This document shows positions 26,688 through 41,884 of a DNA stretch of 64,000 nucleotides, piece after piece (the stretch's first letter is position 1; each line of letters opens with the position of its first letter). Below the pieces are notes generated by a model, which was given only the letters and a program-made list of their open reading frames with translations, was not told the origin of the DNA and searched no databases. The translations under genes and the position numbers were made by a program. The stretch lies in NCBI RefSeq assembly GCF_009914755.1, contig NC_060936.1. One strand, written 5' to 3'. This DNA comes from the human T2T-CHM13v2.0 reference genome, Homo sapiens.

Positions 26688-28143
26688 ATCACCACTTGTA
26701 TTTAATATTTCTCCCTAGACGCTCAGTGCTGCCCTGGGGTAAGCCATGCCTGTTGGAAGAGCTCACAGGGAAGGACCAACCCAGCCTGCGGTGTGAACCT
26801 ACTCAGGGCTAGGAGTCAGCACTGCCTTCCTAAGGGGCTGCCGGATTCTCTTCCCCTTTGACAGAGGTGCGGCCAGCCGTCCAGATGTGGCTGGATGACC
26901 AGTTAAGGGGCAATCACCTGCCCTTCTGCCCCACTCCGCCGGAGGTATTGGGTGCAGAAGTAAAGGTGGCTGCTCGGGGATTCCAAGTAGATGTAGGGGA
27001 GCTGAGGCCTCAAAGGCTCCCGATCTCCTGGCCTGTGAAAGCAAGTGGACATCTTAGAGAGTCCTTGCTTATGGGTGCCTGCAACTTCCAGGAAGAGGTC
27101 GTAGAGGAAGCAGCAGGAAGTGTTCCTGGAAACTCCACGCAGAGGCTGGACGCCCTGGGAACTTTGGCTCAGTGTGCTCTGTGGAGGGATATTATCTGTA
27201 GGGACCAGGATATAACACAGCAAAGGGATCAGGTGTCCTTTGGAAAAATGATTTTCCAAGTCAAATTAAATACCACTTGCTTACAGATTTTCTTGAATCT
27301 CACCAGGCTAAGAATCAGGCTGAATTATTTTGAACGCCTACCTGATCACTGGACCCGGAGTGAGGAGGGGAGACATGGAAGGTGACCTTGTATGCAACCC
27401 TTTTTCCTCTGGTGTCAGTCTTCCACTCAGGGCCTTGGTTTCCCCCTCTGGCAAGCGGGAAGTTGATTTAGGTGATCTCCAGGTTTCCTCCTGCAATAGA
27501 CAGTGGTACGTTCAGTTTTTCCTCCTGTGTTATGGGTCATTTGTCACCAACTTGCTACTTTCCGCAGTCTGAAGCATATTAAAAGCGGCCCCCATCTCCC
27601 ACATAAGCAAGCATTTAAAAAAAAAATACTGGTTAAAATAAAATGAGATTGGCCTCTTAGAACCAGTCAACTCATCAAAGTGATGCTGAGCCCTTCTGAG
27701 CTCAACAATGTTGACAGTAATTTATGCATTTCACAGCACTAGGCTGGAAAAGTGCAAGCACAGGGCTAAGGCTTACATTTCCTGTGTCAACAGTCACTTG
27801 CCTGGTGTCTGGTTTCTTTTTTGGTCCTGCTTACCTTGTGCCAGCCGGTGCCAGCTCAGGGGGCTCTGTGAGGCCACCTCGCCTGCTGGTGACAGAGTCC
27901 TCACTGCTTTTAATTTCCAAGTACTGCTTCATCTCTTGGAGATGCTTCAGTGACTCCATTCCAAGGCGGGTTTAGATGACGAAGTGGATGACGATGGGGG
28001 GAGTAGGGGAATCTCCTTAGAGACAAACCTGGGAGAAGGCATTTCTCATTCCAGTCAATACATAAATGTTATTGATTGGAATCATATTGGGTACATATTG
28101 CTTGGAACAAGGAAGAAGTATCTTTCCACTTCCTTTTGTTTAG

Positions 28144-28685
<542 letters not shown>

Positions 28686-28930
28686 GCGGGGAACACAGTG
28701 TTACCAGGTCTTGGTCTCCATCCAATGCAGTAAACACTATGCGATAACAACCTGGGGGCTTTTGAGCTTACAGGAACAGTCAATGCAATAGAAGCACGCG
28801 CTGCTAGGTCTCCAAGGAAACAGGGACAGTCTCTTCTCCCGCTGTTAGTTAATGAGAGTGTGGTTGTAACTAAACTACTGGCTAATTACCACGATCGTGG
28901 GAAGTGTCCCAGGTCGGCGCTATGAGCTTC

Positions 28931-28946
28931 TGCCACTAGGGGGAAC
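28931..28946 (+). promoter_or_regulatory. CTCF motif within a CpG-richer patch (28.8-29.7 kb)
   Basis: 'tgCCACTAGGGGGAac'. Confidence 0.5.
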
Positions 28947-30256
28947 CAGGGCTATTTCTCTGCAGGCTCCAGGCTGTGAGAAGAGGAAAAGTACTGAAGA
29001 GAGCGAGCAAAGCCTTTCAGAAAATACTGCAACACTGCGTGCCCGAGGCCCCCGCACATCGCTGCAATCTTGATGTGCACAGACACCGTCGAGAACCAAG
29101 GCTTGGCAGGGAGGGGGGATGGTTGATTTTCTAAGTTGTTTGGTTTTCCTCCCTTTCCTTAAAGTACATCCACATTAAGCCGTTTATGCCGCGGGTGACC
29201 TGTAGTATGAGAAGAAACACAGGTCGCTCTCCTGGCTTTGCAGATAGAGTAAGCTCAGGAGAGAGGGAAAGGAGCTGGGCAAAATGCCAGCAAGGGAGGG
29301 CTGGGCTGGCGGGACCCAGATGTTCCCTGCCCAGGAGCGTCGTGGAGAGAAGGGGAGGCATGCCTGGGGTTTGGACGGGCCAGCTTGCAGGTGGCTGTCA
29401 ACCCTGAATGTTGTGGCATAGGTCAGGATGAGGTCCCTTGGGGTGGGGGAGGCAGAGTAATTCCTAAGGGAGAAAAAGACAGGAAAGCAGGTTTTGGGGC
29501 TAAGAAGACAAAAATGACTGAGAGGTTATTTTACCTGCCTTGAACTTGCAAACAAGTATGGGTCATGACCTCTTGTGAGTGCTGCCGCATGCCCTGTCAG
29601 CTGCTGTCTTCTGGGGACACGCATATTCTGACCGCCACAGAGGGCAGCATAACAGCCACAGTGCCTGCTGAGCAGGAACGTGCCGCCTAACCGGTCCGTG
29701 GCGTCCCTGCCTCTTTCTCCCTCATTAAGCCTCTTTCCCAGGACCACAGCTTTGGAAACAGCTTAATCTCTAACAAGTGATCCCGCAGGGACTTGCATTT
29801 CAGTCCCTAAAAACCACTCTGTTCCCTTTCTCGGCATGACAGTGGCCTTCTAATGGTTTCGGAGATAAGATATGAGCCCAGGTGATGTTGGGACGTGCAG
29901 AATCCATGGTGGGCTGCATAGGTATTAATTCGAGGAACAAATTTCCATAACGTGTGTGTTTGTGGGCATGAGGGTGTACACCTCAATGGCAAATTATCAT
30001 AACAAAACATTAGCTATAAACATTTAGTTTGAGGACTTGGCGTATAGTTCCAAAAAATGATCTCATTAGCTTACTAACATTCACTTGTCCCTGTGACCAA
30101 CACATGCAACTCACTGTTCGGAGGGAGCCCCCATCACAGCTAAACAGAGGGACCAGGAGTCTTCCTTCTTAAGCTGCAGCCTGACTTTTCTCCAGCTTAC
30201 TGTGATAGTTTTCTGGCATGAGCAAAATAAGCAGACCCTGTCTCTCATAATTGAAA

Positions 30257-30259
<3 letters not shown>

Positions 30260-30307
<48 letters not shown>
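30260..30307. repeat. (GT)24 microsatellite
   Basis: Perfect GT run. Confidence 0.98.
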
Positions 30308-30310
<3 letters not shown>

Positions 30311-32559
30311 CATCCTTTTCATATTCCTTAAAACATTTTTAGCAGGTAAAATCATGTCTCTATGCTATTCTCTCACTGCCAGCCACAGAAAGGATCTTAC
30401 ACAAAGAAGTCCATGGGGCTCCCCTTCTCCTGCACTCAAGTCCTGGATAGGAGTTCTGACTTTTCTGAGTGACAGTTCCCAAAAGGGTTCCTTTTCACCT
30501 TTGTTGAATGCAGAAGCAGTGGCTCTTCAAGAGAGAGCATCTCCCTCACCCCTTAGTCATTCCGAGCTATTTGGCTCACAGGTACTTTCAGCATCAGATC
30601 TGGTCCTGACTCCAGCTTCCACTGAGTACACATCCTTAGGGCCTCTGCAGGGCGGTGCACCCATGCCTGGGAGGCCTCTCCATCCCTGGATCCCTGCGGC
30701 CACTCTTCAAGGCTCCTATTGCCAACCCAGGGATCTGCTGCTCCGTGCTGCTGTCTTGAGCACTGCCTGGCTGCTTGGACCAGGCAGGGCCCAATGACCA
30801 CAAGTCAGGGAATGGAGAGAGGTGTTTGCTGCAGATTGAGATTCTGATCCTTCCTCTGTCCTTGAAGGACCCTCTCCTCCCCTGTCTCCCTCGCAGCCTT
30901 CTCCAGTGCTGGAGCTGACCCGGAACATCAGAGACAGGAAAGTCACTGCTCCAGTTGAATTTTGCTGCAGTTTCTTTTTTTCTCCCCTAGATGCTGAGAG
31001 CTATTTTTAGACAGGGACTTTTTTTTTTTTTTTTTTTTTTCAGGGGATCCACAGTCTATTTTTAAAGGACTTACGGAGGCCACATCATTCAGTGTTTCTC
31101 ACAGGGACTTCAGAGAGAGTTAGGTGGGACAGGCCAGAGCAGTGGGGGTGCTGGCACCTTCCTGAGGAAGAGAGGGTATCAGGAGAGACCTGGGGAAGGT
31201 TGGGAGAAGCGTGGTGCCCAGGCAGGGCAGAGTGGGCTGCTTTCTCATGCTGGAGAGCATACGAGGGACTCACCATGCTCCTCCCTCCAGTCACCCCAGG
31301 CTTCGGGGCCAGAGCTGCCTGACTATCTTCCCATCCCAGCGGCCACAATGACATTGCCCTCCAACATGGCAGTGGGTTTAATTGACTGTACTTTCCTTCC
31401 TTTTTCCTAAACGTCTGTGTTCAGATGGCTTCTGCATCTCCTCTTTCCATGGCACTCCCTTGTCTCTGCAAACTGAGCTGTGGAAAGTTTTGGATCATGC
31501 CTTGGGCCTGAAGCCAGCCCCAAGAGGGCAAAGCTGAAGTCCTGGGTGAAGAGGGGACCTCGTGTGTCACAAGATGGAGACCAGGGTGGATAGGCTCCCG
31601 CTGCGACAGGGAGGATACAGCCAGGCGGTGATCTTGTCCTGGGCTCCCCAGGAGGGAAAGAAGAAGGAGGAAAAGGAGGAATCAGAGGAGAGCCATTCAG
31701 AGTGACTTGGGCAGAGACAGTAACAGGCTGCGGTGTCCTCGGAGACTCCCCTAGACCTGCTCTTTCTTCCACTCCTGAGTCCAGCCCTTAGTGTATAACT
31801 CCAAGGTCTGTGGATTTGGGGTCTGGATTCACAAGACTAGGATGGAGTAGTCAGGGAGAAGGGCCTGGGTGGAAGATTCCAGACAGAGTTGGTGAAAATG
31901 CTTCCAAACAGAGCTAAAGAGCTTTCCTCTCAGTGAATAGACAGGGGACTGCCCTCGCAGGAGCCCTGCGGCCACCCCATTGCGTGAGCCTCTCATGCTT
32001 CTCCTTGCTGTCTCCTTGCAGGACTTAGGCCGCAGGGTCAGGGCCTGGAACTGCTCTGAAAATAACTGGGGATTCCTGGTGCTCTCTGAGTCCTCCTGCC
32101 AATCTTCAGTTGTACCAAGAAGTGAGAAGGAAGGAGGCAGTGAGTGAAGAAGTCTAATTCCAGCTCGTTAGCCGACACCTGCACTGCCCTTCAGAAAAGG
32201 GCAGGCTGGGAATGCTGTTGTGTGGCCCCCTTTGGGGTGCCAGGACCCCTGGGTAAGGCTGCGTGCCTTGGGTGGGAGCTGAGACATAGCCCGGGCACCT
32301 TCTGCACAGTGGATGGGCCCGGACAGCCTGGCATCCCTGGCTCCGTCAGCAGGCAAGGAAGGGGCGAGAGCGCAGTGTGCTCCTAGAAAGATACTTATGC
32401 TCCCCACATCAAAGCCTCCCACCGTCATCTTCCTGAGAGCCTCAGGCAAAGCTGCGGGACCCTCTTTCCCTGTTCACATCAATCTTCGCAACAATCCCGG
32501 GATGCCAGGTCTGCCCTCATTCTGAACTCTCCAGAACCCCCTAACTTTATCAATGGTGA

Positions 32560-32820
32560 CTGTATCAGTGAGGCCCTTCCTGACCACTCTTTTTAAAATG
32601 GTCACTCCCCTCGCTAGCACCCACCCCCCACACCCTCCTCACCTAAGTTGCGATTTCTCCCACCTGCCATAGATCTCACCATAGATCTCCCCACCTGTGG
32701 TTTATTATCTGTCTCCCGACAGGATCTCCACAAAGACGGGGTTTTGTCTATTTTGTTTATGGCTAAATCCCTCAGTGCCAACAAACATGAATTACCAAAT
32801 ATATATTTGCTGAATGAATT
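32560..32820 (+). mobile_element. L2 3' end
   Basis: 'cagtgaggcccttcctgaccactc...tatttgctgaatgaat'. Confidence 0.6.
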
Positions 32821-33189
32821 AAGAAAAAGAGCAAAATGTGCCATGGCATAAGCATCCCTGGGGAAACTTTCTCTCTGACCTTCTCTCACTCCAGCCCAGC
32901 AGAGAATTTAGGGAAAAAAGTGACCTCTCACCCCTTCCGCAGCAGATCAGTTCAGGCCCTGGAATAATCAGCAGTTCAGAACCTCAGCATATCAAAGCAG
33001 GAAGGGGCCAAAGAGATAATCAGATTTAAGCCCCACATTTTTGTGGAAGAGGGAACTAAAGCCCAGAGAGGTGAAGAAACTTTTCCAGAGTCACACAGCC
33101 AATTGGTGACAGCAAGTGAAACCCAAGTTCCCCGCTCCCAGGCTAGAATTCCTTCAATAAGCTCAAGTGGCCACAAACCTCTCTGCTTA

Positions 33190-33417
<228 letters not shown>

Positions 33418-34799
33418 TTACATTCCCTCCCAGGCCAAGGAGGCCAAGGACCTCTTGACAAGCAGGATAGGATTGTCCTCGAACTTGGGGCTAACAAACC
33501 CAAAATCCAGAGTGACCGGGCTCTTTGCCAGCTGGAGGATTCTGGGAGGCGCTGAAAAACGTGCCTTGTAAGATGTCTACTCTCGGCAGGACCCAAACTA
33601 CACACAGGGAAGAAACCATATCAGCAGGGACAGACACTGCTTCTAGAGGCCATCCAGGGCTGGCCATAACCTCCACCCAGTGGAGTCAATGTATATATGT
33701 ATTTGCAAGGAAGAGCTAGAAGCTGACCAGAATATAAATATATATATTTCACAAGTCACTCTGAATGGGAAAGCAGACCTGAACTCTTTACAGCCTCTCA
33801 GTTCATTCCCTTTCCCTACACAGCACCAAGCAGGAGTCAGGCTCAGGTCCATGGGGCTGGCAATCTGAGTGACATGCCATATCCCTCTGTTTTCCACTCA
33901 TGCGGCACCATTGCTCCTAGACGGAGAGTGTGTTCAGTCTCCAGAATTAGTTCATTCTCAGGGGGTATCAATGCTTCATATGAATCACCTGCTGTGTTAG
34001 ATTCTCCCCATTGGGCCTTCAGATGTGTGCAGATGAGTCTGAATTTATGTTGAACCCAGTTTCACATCTCAAGCTGCTGTTTTGAGATGAGTCAGATTGG
34101 GAAGGGAGCTGGCAAGCTAGGGAGTTCAAACATCATGTGGACCCATGAAGGGTGTTAAAGGTTGCAATAGAACTGCATTAGAATGTGGATAGCATTTTCC
34201 AATTTTCACATCACATTTGCTTACACTGGGTCATCCTCTCCCTTTTAAGTCTCTATGATGATCCACCAGCTCTCCAGGGCAATTCTGCCGCCTTGACAAT
34301 CTCTGGAGTGGATTGGCCCTGGAATGGGATGGCTTAGACCTGAGCTTCCAGGTCTGAAGGTTTGCATCTTCCAGGAGGAGGTGGTTTCAGAAAAGAACTA
34401 GGGCTGAGCTAATAGTAACCTGTGCAGGGTGGAAAAGCCCTGGGTTAAGTCTCATCAGTAGAAAATTCCTTTTGTCTCTTTATGTCTCAAATGCAAGTGT
34501 CTTACTTGGCTACTAGTTTATTTATCTGATCATAGTGTGGGGGACCTGCAAAGTCAGAGCTGTTAACTGGGCACTAGAAGCCTTCAAAACCCGTCTTTAC
34601 CAGTGTTGGAGGATGAGAGTGGATGGCACTGAATTATTTCCTGAGATTTTCTGGTCTGAAGAAATTTCCACTAAGGGCTGAAGAATTCAGAAAGATGCAT
34701 GGGCAGATACTTACTTACAGCCCAAGATATTTATGTGAATAATAATGATGATGATGATCTGAGGTTGATAATAATAAAGATAAGATGATGAAACTAGTA

Positions 34800-35030
34800 T
34801 CAGCAAATGTTTTTTATATGCTAACTCTTTACTGGGCATTGGGCTGAGTCCTTGACATGCAATAACTCATTTAATCCTTACATTAACCCCAGGAGGTAGG
34901 TTCTTCTAGTATTTGCATTTTGCACATAAGAAAACTGAGGTTCAGAGAAGTTAAGTAGCTTGCCTGAGGTCACATAACAGGTAAGTGCTGAAGCTGAGCC
35001 TCACATGCAGGAAGTCTGCTTCCAGAGCCC
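34800..35030 (-). mobile_element. MIR SINE
   Basis: 'aactcatttaatcct...gaaaactgaggttcagagaagttaagtagcttgcctgaggtcaca'. Confidence 0.85.
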
Positions 35031-35613
35031 CAGGGATGAAGCAATACCTTCTAGCACGTTTTTAGTTCCTGGTTACCTCTCATGCATTCCAGATCTGTAA
35101 TCCAGGTAATGCCCTCAACTCTCCCCAAAGAAAAAGTTAGCGTGCTCTTACCCAATAAAGGGGACACAAATAGAGTGCAGGCAATAATTAGAGTTGCCTG
35201 GATAGCATATATGGAAAACAGCCACAAGAGGAGATGGTGCACCAAACAGTGGAAGGAAAAGAAACTAGAGAGGTGGGTTGGCTGAGGAAATGAAGGAGGT
35301 TAGGGTTTAACTGTATTCTGGAGGCATGAGGGAGCTATTAGAGGTTTTGGAGCAGGGAAATGATGAGATCAGATCAAGCTTGTATTTAGTGACTAAGATC
35401 TGGAAGGTGTGATTTTATGATTCTATCTGTATTCCTTCATGTCATAGCAGCAGGAAGGCCCTCTCTTCCACGCACTTCTGAGGCTGTGCAGCCTGTGAGG
35501 TGGAAAGCAATGGAGCATCCTCCCATGGAGAAGGAAGTTGAGGCTCGCTTATGGGTTCCATGCCATTCTGGCTTCCTAGAGCACTTGGAGATGAGGAAAT
35601 ACACCTGTGCAAG

Positions 35614-35815
35614 CAGTGGTGTGTTGGTGAATGCTTAGCAACTGACCCTCTGGTGGAAAAAAGCCCTGACTAGAAGCATTTGCAAATTCCTGTGGTAAAT
35701 TACTCCCACTGAGGCTAATTTCAAGCTACAATATGATGTCCACTGGGTTGCAGAACTCCTGAACATTTAACAATGAGTTCCAGCAAATCAGCATGAGCTG
35801 GCTCCAGCGCCTCTG
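35614..35815. mobile_element. MER63A hAT-Blackjack MITE
   Basis: Termini 'cagtggtgtgttggt' / 'gctggctccagcgcctctg'; internal 'tttcaagctac'. Confidence 0.75.
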
Positions 35816-36617
35816 CGTGCAGTCTGGTGGCATCGCCGGGCGTGTATTCACGCAGACCTGGAGGGAGCTTGCAGACAGCTGATGAGAAAGGCAAGGTAAC
35901 TTGCCCAGGCCACAGCTGACTTGGAGACGCAGGAATTGAATGAGGGGTAGGAGCCGGCATCTTGGTTCCCAGGCCGTGTGTTTATGCAGGCTCTGTTTAG
36001 GAAGGCAAAATTTGATCTTTGCCTGGTCCGCCTTCAGAAGAGAAGGGATAGCAACATTTTTCCTCTGGCTCCTAAGAAATATGTGTCAGCCACAACCTCC
36101 TACCCGAACTAGAAAAACAATGTCTTGGAATATTTTTAATAGTGAGTATAAATCCCATACAGTGATGGATGAAGTGTGAAGATTCAAGTCCAGAGTGTCT
36201 GCTAGAAGATTACAAATCATTTTTCAGTTTGCATGGTGCTTCTATTCATTGGCTCATCCACTCAGCCATTTATTCAATCATTCAACTGACATAAATTGGG
36301 AGCCCCGACATGGAGATGATTAGCAACAGAAGAGAAGGACCACCAGTCAGGTACTGATGAGAGAGCAAGGCCAGTTGGTGGAGGGAGAGTGTCAGAGATC
36401 AGAGGTCAGAGGCAGGAGCAGACCGTTGATGATGAGTCTTCGCATGCGAGAAAAAAGTTACAAAGTCAGCAGTAACTGGAGTTTCAAGAACCAACAGGTG
36501 AGAAGCTCAGGACCAGCAGGTGGCTGGGGAGTACTGAGCACCAGTGAACAGAGAACGTTGCTCTAAGCAGACTTGCTCCAGTCACTGGGCACTTACACCC
36601 TTAAAAAAATAAATGAA

Positions 36618-37075
<458 letters not shown>

Positions 37076-37109
37076 TGAGACTTGTTTTTTCAAGTCTTAT
37101 CAGCAAAGG

Positions 37110-37215
37110 GAGACTTTCGTGAGCTAGGTGGTATTATTATTTACTTGAGAAAACTGATGCTCAGAAAGTTTAAGTGACTTGCCTATGGTCACACAGCTAG
37201 TAAGTGGCAGAACCA
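37110..37215 (-). mobile_element. MIR SINE
   Basis: 'gaaaactgatgctcagaaagttaagtgacttgcctatggtcacacagctagtaagtggcagaacc'. Confidence 0.8.
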
Positions 37216-37951
37216 AGGGGAATGAAATAAGCAGCGGAATACAGATTCAGCCAAATTGGCAGCTGAGCCAGTTGGGTGTCTCCCCGCATATGAGGGCTCT
37301 TTGGCTATTGGTGGGCTGGAGTGACTAGGGGCAGACAGGGCTGGAAGAAGGACAGCGATATTTTCATTCTCTCCAGGCCACTAGGAGCAAGGTGTTCACT
37401 GTCCTGTCCATGTGTCCTCCCTGGAGGAAGGGATCTGAGTGTTTACACAAGGGCACATTTCTGGTACGCTGAGGAGGGCCAAACTGTAAACGGAGATCAT
37501 GCCCCCAGCTCGGCAGATGCCTGAGAGTGAGGCGCTCGCTGACATGCTGATGGAGAACAGGGACTTCTTGTTTACCCGGCTCACCATCTGGACTCGTGAA
37601 GCAACGTCCAAGGAAGTGGCTGTAACTAAAAGCTCAGAGCTACTTCCCTGGCTCCCTCCATGCTTGTGCTACTGCCTGTCCAGGTGCAGAGTGGCTGGTA
37701 GGGGAGGGAGGGCAGGGGCTCAGAACAGGGGCAGCGTGGGGATACTGCCATGGGGTCTAGGCAGGGTGGATGGTAACTGCGAATGTCTGGAGGTGAGAGG
37801 TTGAGCACATTCTCTCCGAGGACTTTTATGAGTGAATGGACTTCTTTCAGAAGAGAAATTTAGATCAGACAAGTGGGAGCACTTTCTCATTAAAGAGTTG
37901 GAAAACAGTACAATGTGTTAAGCAGACCATTCAGTGAAGGGCTTTTCTTAA

Positions 37952-38575
37952 AAAAATTTTATTTTAGGTTGGCGGGTACATGTGCATGTGTGTTACATGG
38001 ATATATCACGTAACAATGAGGTTTAGGCTTCTAGTACATATACCCTTCACCCAAATAGTGAACATTGTACCTAGTAGGTAATTTTTCAACCTTCACCCCC
38101 ATCCCAACCTTCCCATTTTGATAGTCCCCAGTGTCTCTTATTTCCATCTTAATTTCCATATGTACCCAATTGTTTAGCTTCCACTTATAAGTGAGAACAT
38201 GCAGTATTTGATTTTCTGTTTCTGAGTTATTTCCCTTAGGATAATGGCCTCTAGCTACATCTATGTTGTTGCAAAGGACTTGATTGTATTCTTTTTACAG
38301 CTGCATAGTATTCCACAGTGTATATGTACCATGTTTTCTTTATCTAATCCACCATCGATGGACATTTAGGTGGATTCCATGACTTTGCTATTGGGAATAG
38401 TGCTGAGATAAACATACAAGTGCAGATGTCTTTCTGATAAAATGTGTCTTTTTGATTTCTTTTCCTTTGGGATTGCTGTGTCAAATGGGGTTCTATTTTT
38501 GGTTCTTTGAGAAGTCTCCATACTGTTTTCCATAGGGTTTGAACTAATCTACATTCCCATCAACAGTGTATAAGT
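37952..38575 (-). mobile_element. L1PB-type 3' end
   Basis: 'gggtacatgtgcatg...ttccacttataagtgagaacatgcagtatttg...cccatcaacagtgtataag'. Confidence 0.9.
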
Positions 38576-38942
38576 TCCTGGATTGCTTTTGGGATTGGTG
38601 GAGAGAGACGGCTGGGAGCAGCGCCTCTGCCTGGTTGGGAGGAGTAACTGATGAGGGTGACTCTTTCCCAGTCTAGACCATGCAGTTTGGGAGACATCAA
38701 CTCATTCCACTTGAAAGAGCTGAGGAAACTGGGGAGGGTTTGAATCGTTGCATCCTTTGTGGTGACGTGGGTGTGAAAGTAGGTCACTCGTTCTCTTGCC
38801 CTATGCCATTCCTGCCCTTTAAGTGGCACAGTGATCTGGAGAGTCCAGAATTGTGAGCAATCCTCAAATTGTTTCTGTTTGGCATTAGGATGCCCTCTTT
38901 AATTGCTTTGGTTCAGGCTAATTTGAAAAATTGCTTTCATTT

Positions 38943-39356
38943 TGTATTGGTCAGGATAGAGTTGCACCAAATGATCCCAAAATCTCAATGGCTTCACTTG
39001 ATAAATTGTACTTCTCACTCACATCACAACTGCATGTGAGTTGGTAAAAGAAGGAGGGCATGGGGGAGGCTATGTTCTAGTAGTCATTCAGGGATCCAGG
39101 CCCTACCATTCCCCAGCGCCATGGTTCTCCACTGCTTGTGGCTGGGAGGTAGGGGAGGGAGGGAGGAAGAGAGTAGGATTTCTCAGAAGATTTTTAGGCA
39201 CTAGCTCTAGAAGTGACACAAACTATTCATGACTATATTCCACTGACCAGAATCAGTTATATGGCCCCATCTACTGCAAGAAAGGTTAGAAATGAAGTGC
39301 CCAGGAGGAAAAGGACCCTGGGTTTGGTGAACTCACAGCAGTGTCTCTGGCCCACA
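38943..39356 (-). mobile_element. MLT1J-type MaLR LTR
   Basis: 'tgtattggtcaggata...cccaaaatctcaatggctt...gtcattcagggatccagg...tgcccaggaggaaaagg'. Confidence 0.7.
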
Positions 39357-39930
39357 TGTCCTGAGTTTTCTGGGAGCACAATGCATATTCGTATTAGGGG
39401 AATGGGTTGTAAGGTCCTCTATGATTTCCCTCACAGACACAGGCTGAAATAAGCACTGTGTGGATAAGTCATAGCTGTTTTAAAAGGGCCATGATGCATT
39501 CTCCTGGGGAAGCAGGACTCTCCACTCTGCGTTGTGGAGACACCTGGTACTGGTGTCAGCTCTGTCCTTGTCATTGGGAAAAGGTTGTGAATCTGGGACT
39601 TCATATGAATTAAGCCTTTGCAGGGTAGCCCCACTGTGGTTCATTTATAGTTCATTCATCTGAATGACTCAGGCATCAGATTGGGGGACTTTTAGGACCT
39701 GAGCTCAAGAACTTTAAGAGGTTTTGCTGGCTTCCCGGGACCATTGCATTGGATTGTACTTGTAAGATAATAGGTCTAAGATCCCTGTAGACTCTAGGTT
39801 CCAATCCCCTCATATCCACAGGACTTCCAGGCCTGTCCAACATGGATTTTCTAGCATTTCTACCTAACTCTACGTAGGGAAGCTCATAGATGTGAAGGAA
39901 AAATCCCTTTGACTATCTGCAACTTATGGA

Positions 39931-40061
39931 TGGGACGATCACTGTCTCGGTTCACCAGGACAGCCCTGGTTTATGCTTACTGTTCAGGCATAATGATTTA
40001 CAGTGCCTGCTTTTGCTATTGAAAGTGTACCGGTTTGGACAATAAGTTATGCAGTCACCCT
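39931..40061. mobile_element. MER94 hAT-Blackjack MITE
   Basis: 'aaagtgtaccggtttggacaataagttatgcagtcaccct'. Confidence 0.7.
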
Positions 40062-41343
40062 TCTGAGAAGAGACTCATGACCTAGGCTGCATCCTGACTC
40101 TGTGATCAGATGCATCCTTGCAAGCAGCCTGCACACAGAGCCTGATGATGCCACCATGATGCTGGAGTTGGGCCTGCATTCCCAATACCCTTGTCATTGT
40201 CACCCTGTGACTTCTAGTTTCTGCAGGATCTTGGTCTCTTTTCTTTCAGACCTCAGAATCACAGGCCTGCGCTCAAACAGTATTCACTGAGCAGACAATA
40301 AAACAAAAGCCCAACATGCTTAGGAGTTTACTAAAGCATGGATTATTAGCTCTAGTTTACAGGACTGTAAATATTTAGGACCATGAAGATAAGTGATATT
40401 TCCAAAGTCAGACGAAGCCCAGACTCTAGTTCTAACCCAGACATCCTGATTCTAGGTGGCTTTTTTCCCCCATGCCAGATATAATGTCTCAGATGCCCCT
40501 TACCTAATGGGAGGTCCAAGTTCATACCAGGCAAAATTCTACAGGAGGACCAAAAACCAAACGAATAACTAAAAAGGATCTGTGGTATGGTTAATTTATA
40601 TATATTATTATAACTTTCTGGATCCTCCCTCTGAGTAATTCATCTTTGTCTCCAAAAAGCCTTGTTTGCTTGGAGAAATGTACATAGGCTCTAAGCCACA
40701 TGTGTTCCTGACTCTGTAAGTGAAAGGCCCATAGAGCACTTCTCTGAAGGTAAGGATGACATTTCTGCTCCATGAAGGAAGTGCAAAATATAAACTCTTA
40801 ATTTGCTGAATATCAACATCAAATAGAGTGCAGGATTAGTACCATTTGGAGTGGGAAGAACACGCAGTAGTATGTAATCTGGTAGTGATGAATGTTGCCG
40901 CCAAACCCACATATTAACCAAATTGAGCTCTCCAAATTTCTGCACCTGTTTTGGTTATGGTTTTATGTTTAGTTTGGATGGACTATTTATAAACCTGGTT
41001 TGGAACTGCAAGTGTGATCTTTGGATCTCTTAGACTGTGCTTTCAGCAACCTGGAGCCTTCTCTGCACAGAGTTTCCAGGAAACAAACAAAAAGGATGGA
41101 CCAGAGAAGCAAAGGACATCTATTATAGATCTTGCAGTCCATCGCTCGATGTTCCTCTAGTCCTCCTTCCTGATTTCTTTGGGGCCTTGGGGATATCATT
41201 CAAAGCTTATTTCATGAAAACACAGACTCTTTGGAACTGGAAGGGACTTTGGAGACTATTCAGCAATTACCAAACGTGATATATTGTATCACTGATGGTA
41301 TGCTAGGAGATTCCAGGAGCTACATAAACTTCAAACATGTATA

Positions 41344-41884
41344 CAGTAAGTCCTCACTTACCGTCATTGTCATCGGTAGGTTCCTGGAAACTGCACCTTT
41401 AAGGATAATTGATATAAACAAGACTGAAGCTCCTACAGTATATTTCTGGTTTCAAAAGAATCAACAAATTTCTAAGTAAAGACTCAAACACTTCTAATAT
41501 TAAACATTGAAATAAATGTGAGCTAGTCATATAATTAACAAAGATTAATAAAAACAAGTAAGATAGTTACTTACCCAGTTATTCCAGCTATGTATCACAG
41601 GTCGCCAGAGCTTTCAAGAGCTCAGGGTGCCAGGCAGGACCAGCCCAGTGCAGGGCACATTCACACATGCAGTCACGCTAGGACCATGTGGACACACCAG
41701 TTCACCTAACAGGTACAGCTTTGGGATGTGGGAGGAAACCGGAGTGCCCAGAGCAAATCCATGCAGACATGGGGAGAACATTCAGACTCCACACAGACTT
41801 CCTTTCTGGGAAGTATTTTTTTTTTCTCATCAACTTTATAGGGAAGCAACATAGAATGAAATGACATTATTTGGGGACCTGCTG
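41344..41884. mobile_element. MER82 TcMar-Tigger element
   Basis: TA-flanked 'cagtaagtcctcactta...ggacctgctg'; internal 'tttgggatgtgggaggaaaccggagtgcccagag'. Confidence 0.8.

Noticed and set aside
26858-27385. 175-aa ORF and overlapping 118-aa antisense ORF
   Set aside because: Both have non-ATG starts, no recognisable homology and only weak splice signals; they are consistent with chance in GC-rich DNA.
30264-30797. 177-aa ORF
   Set aside because: It starts within the (GT)n microsatellite and shows no domain features.
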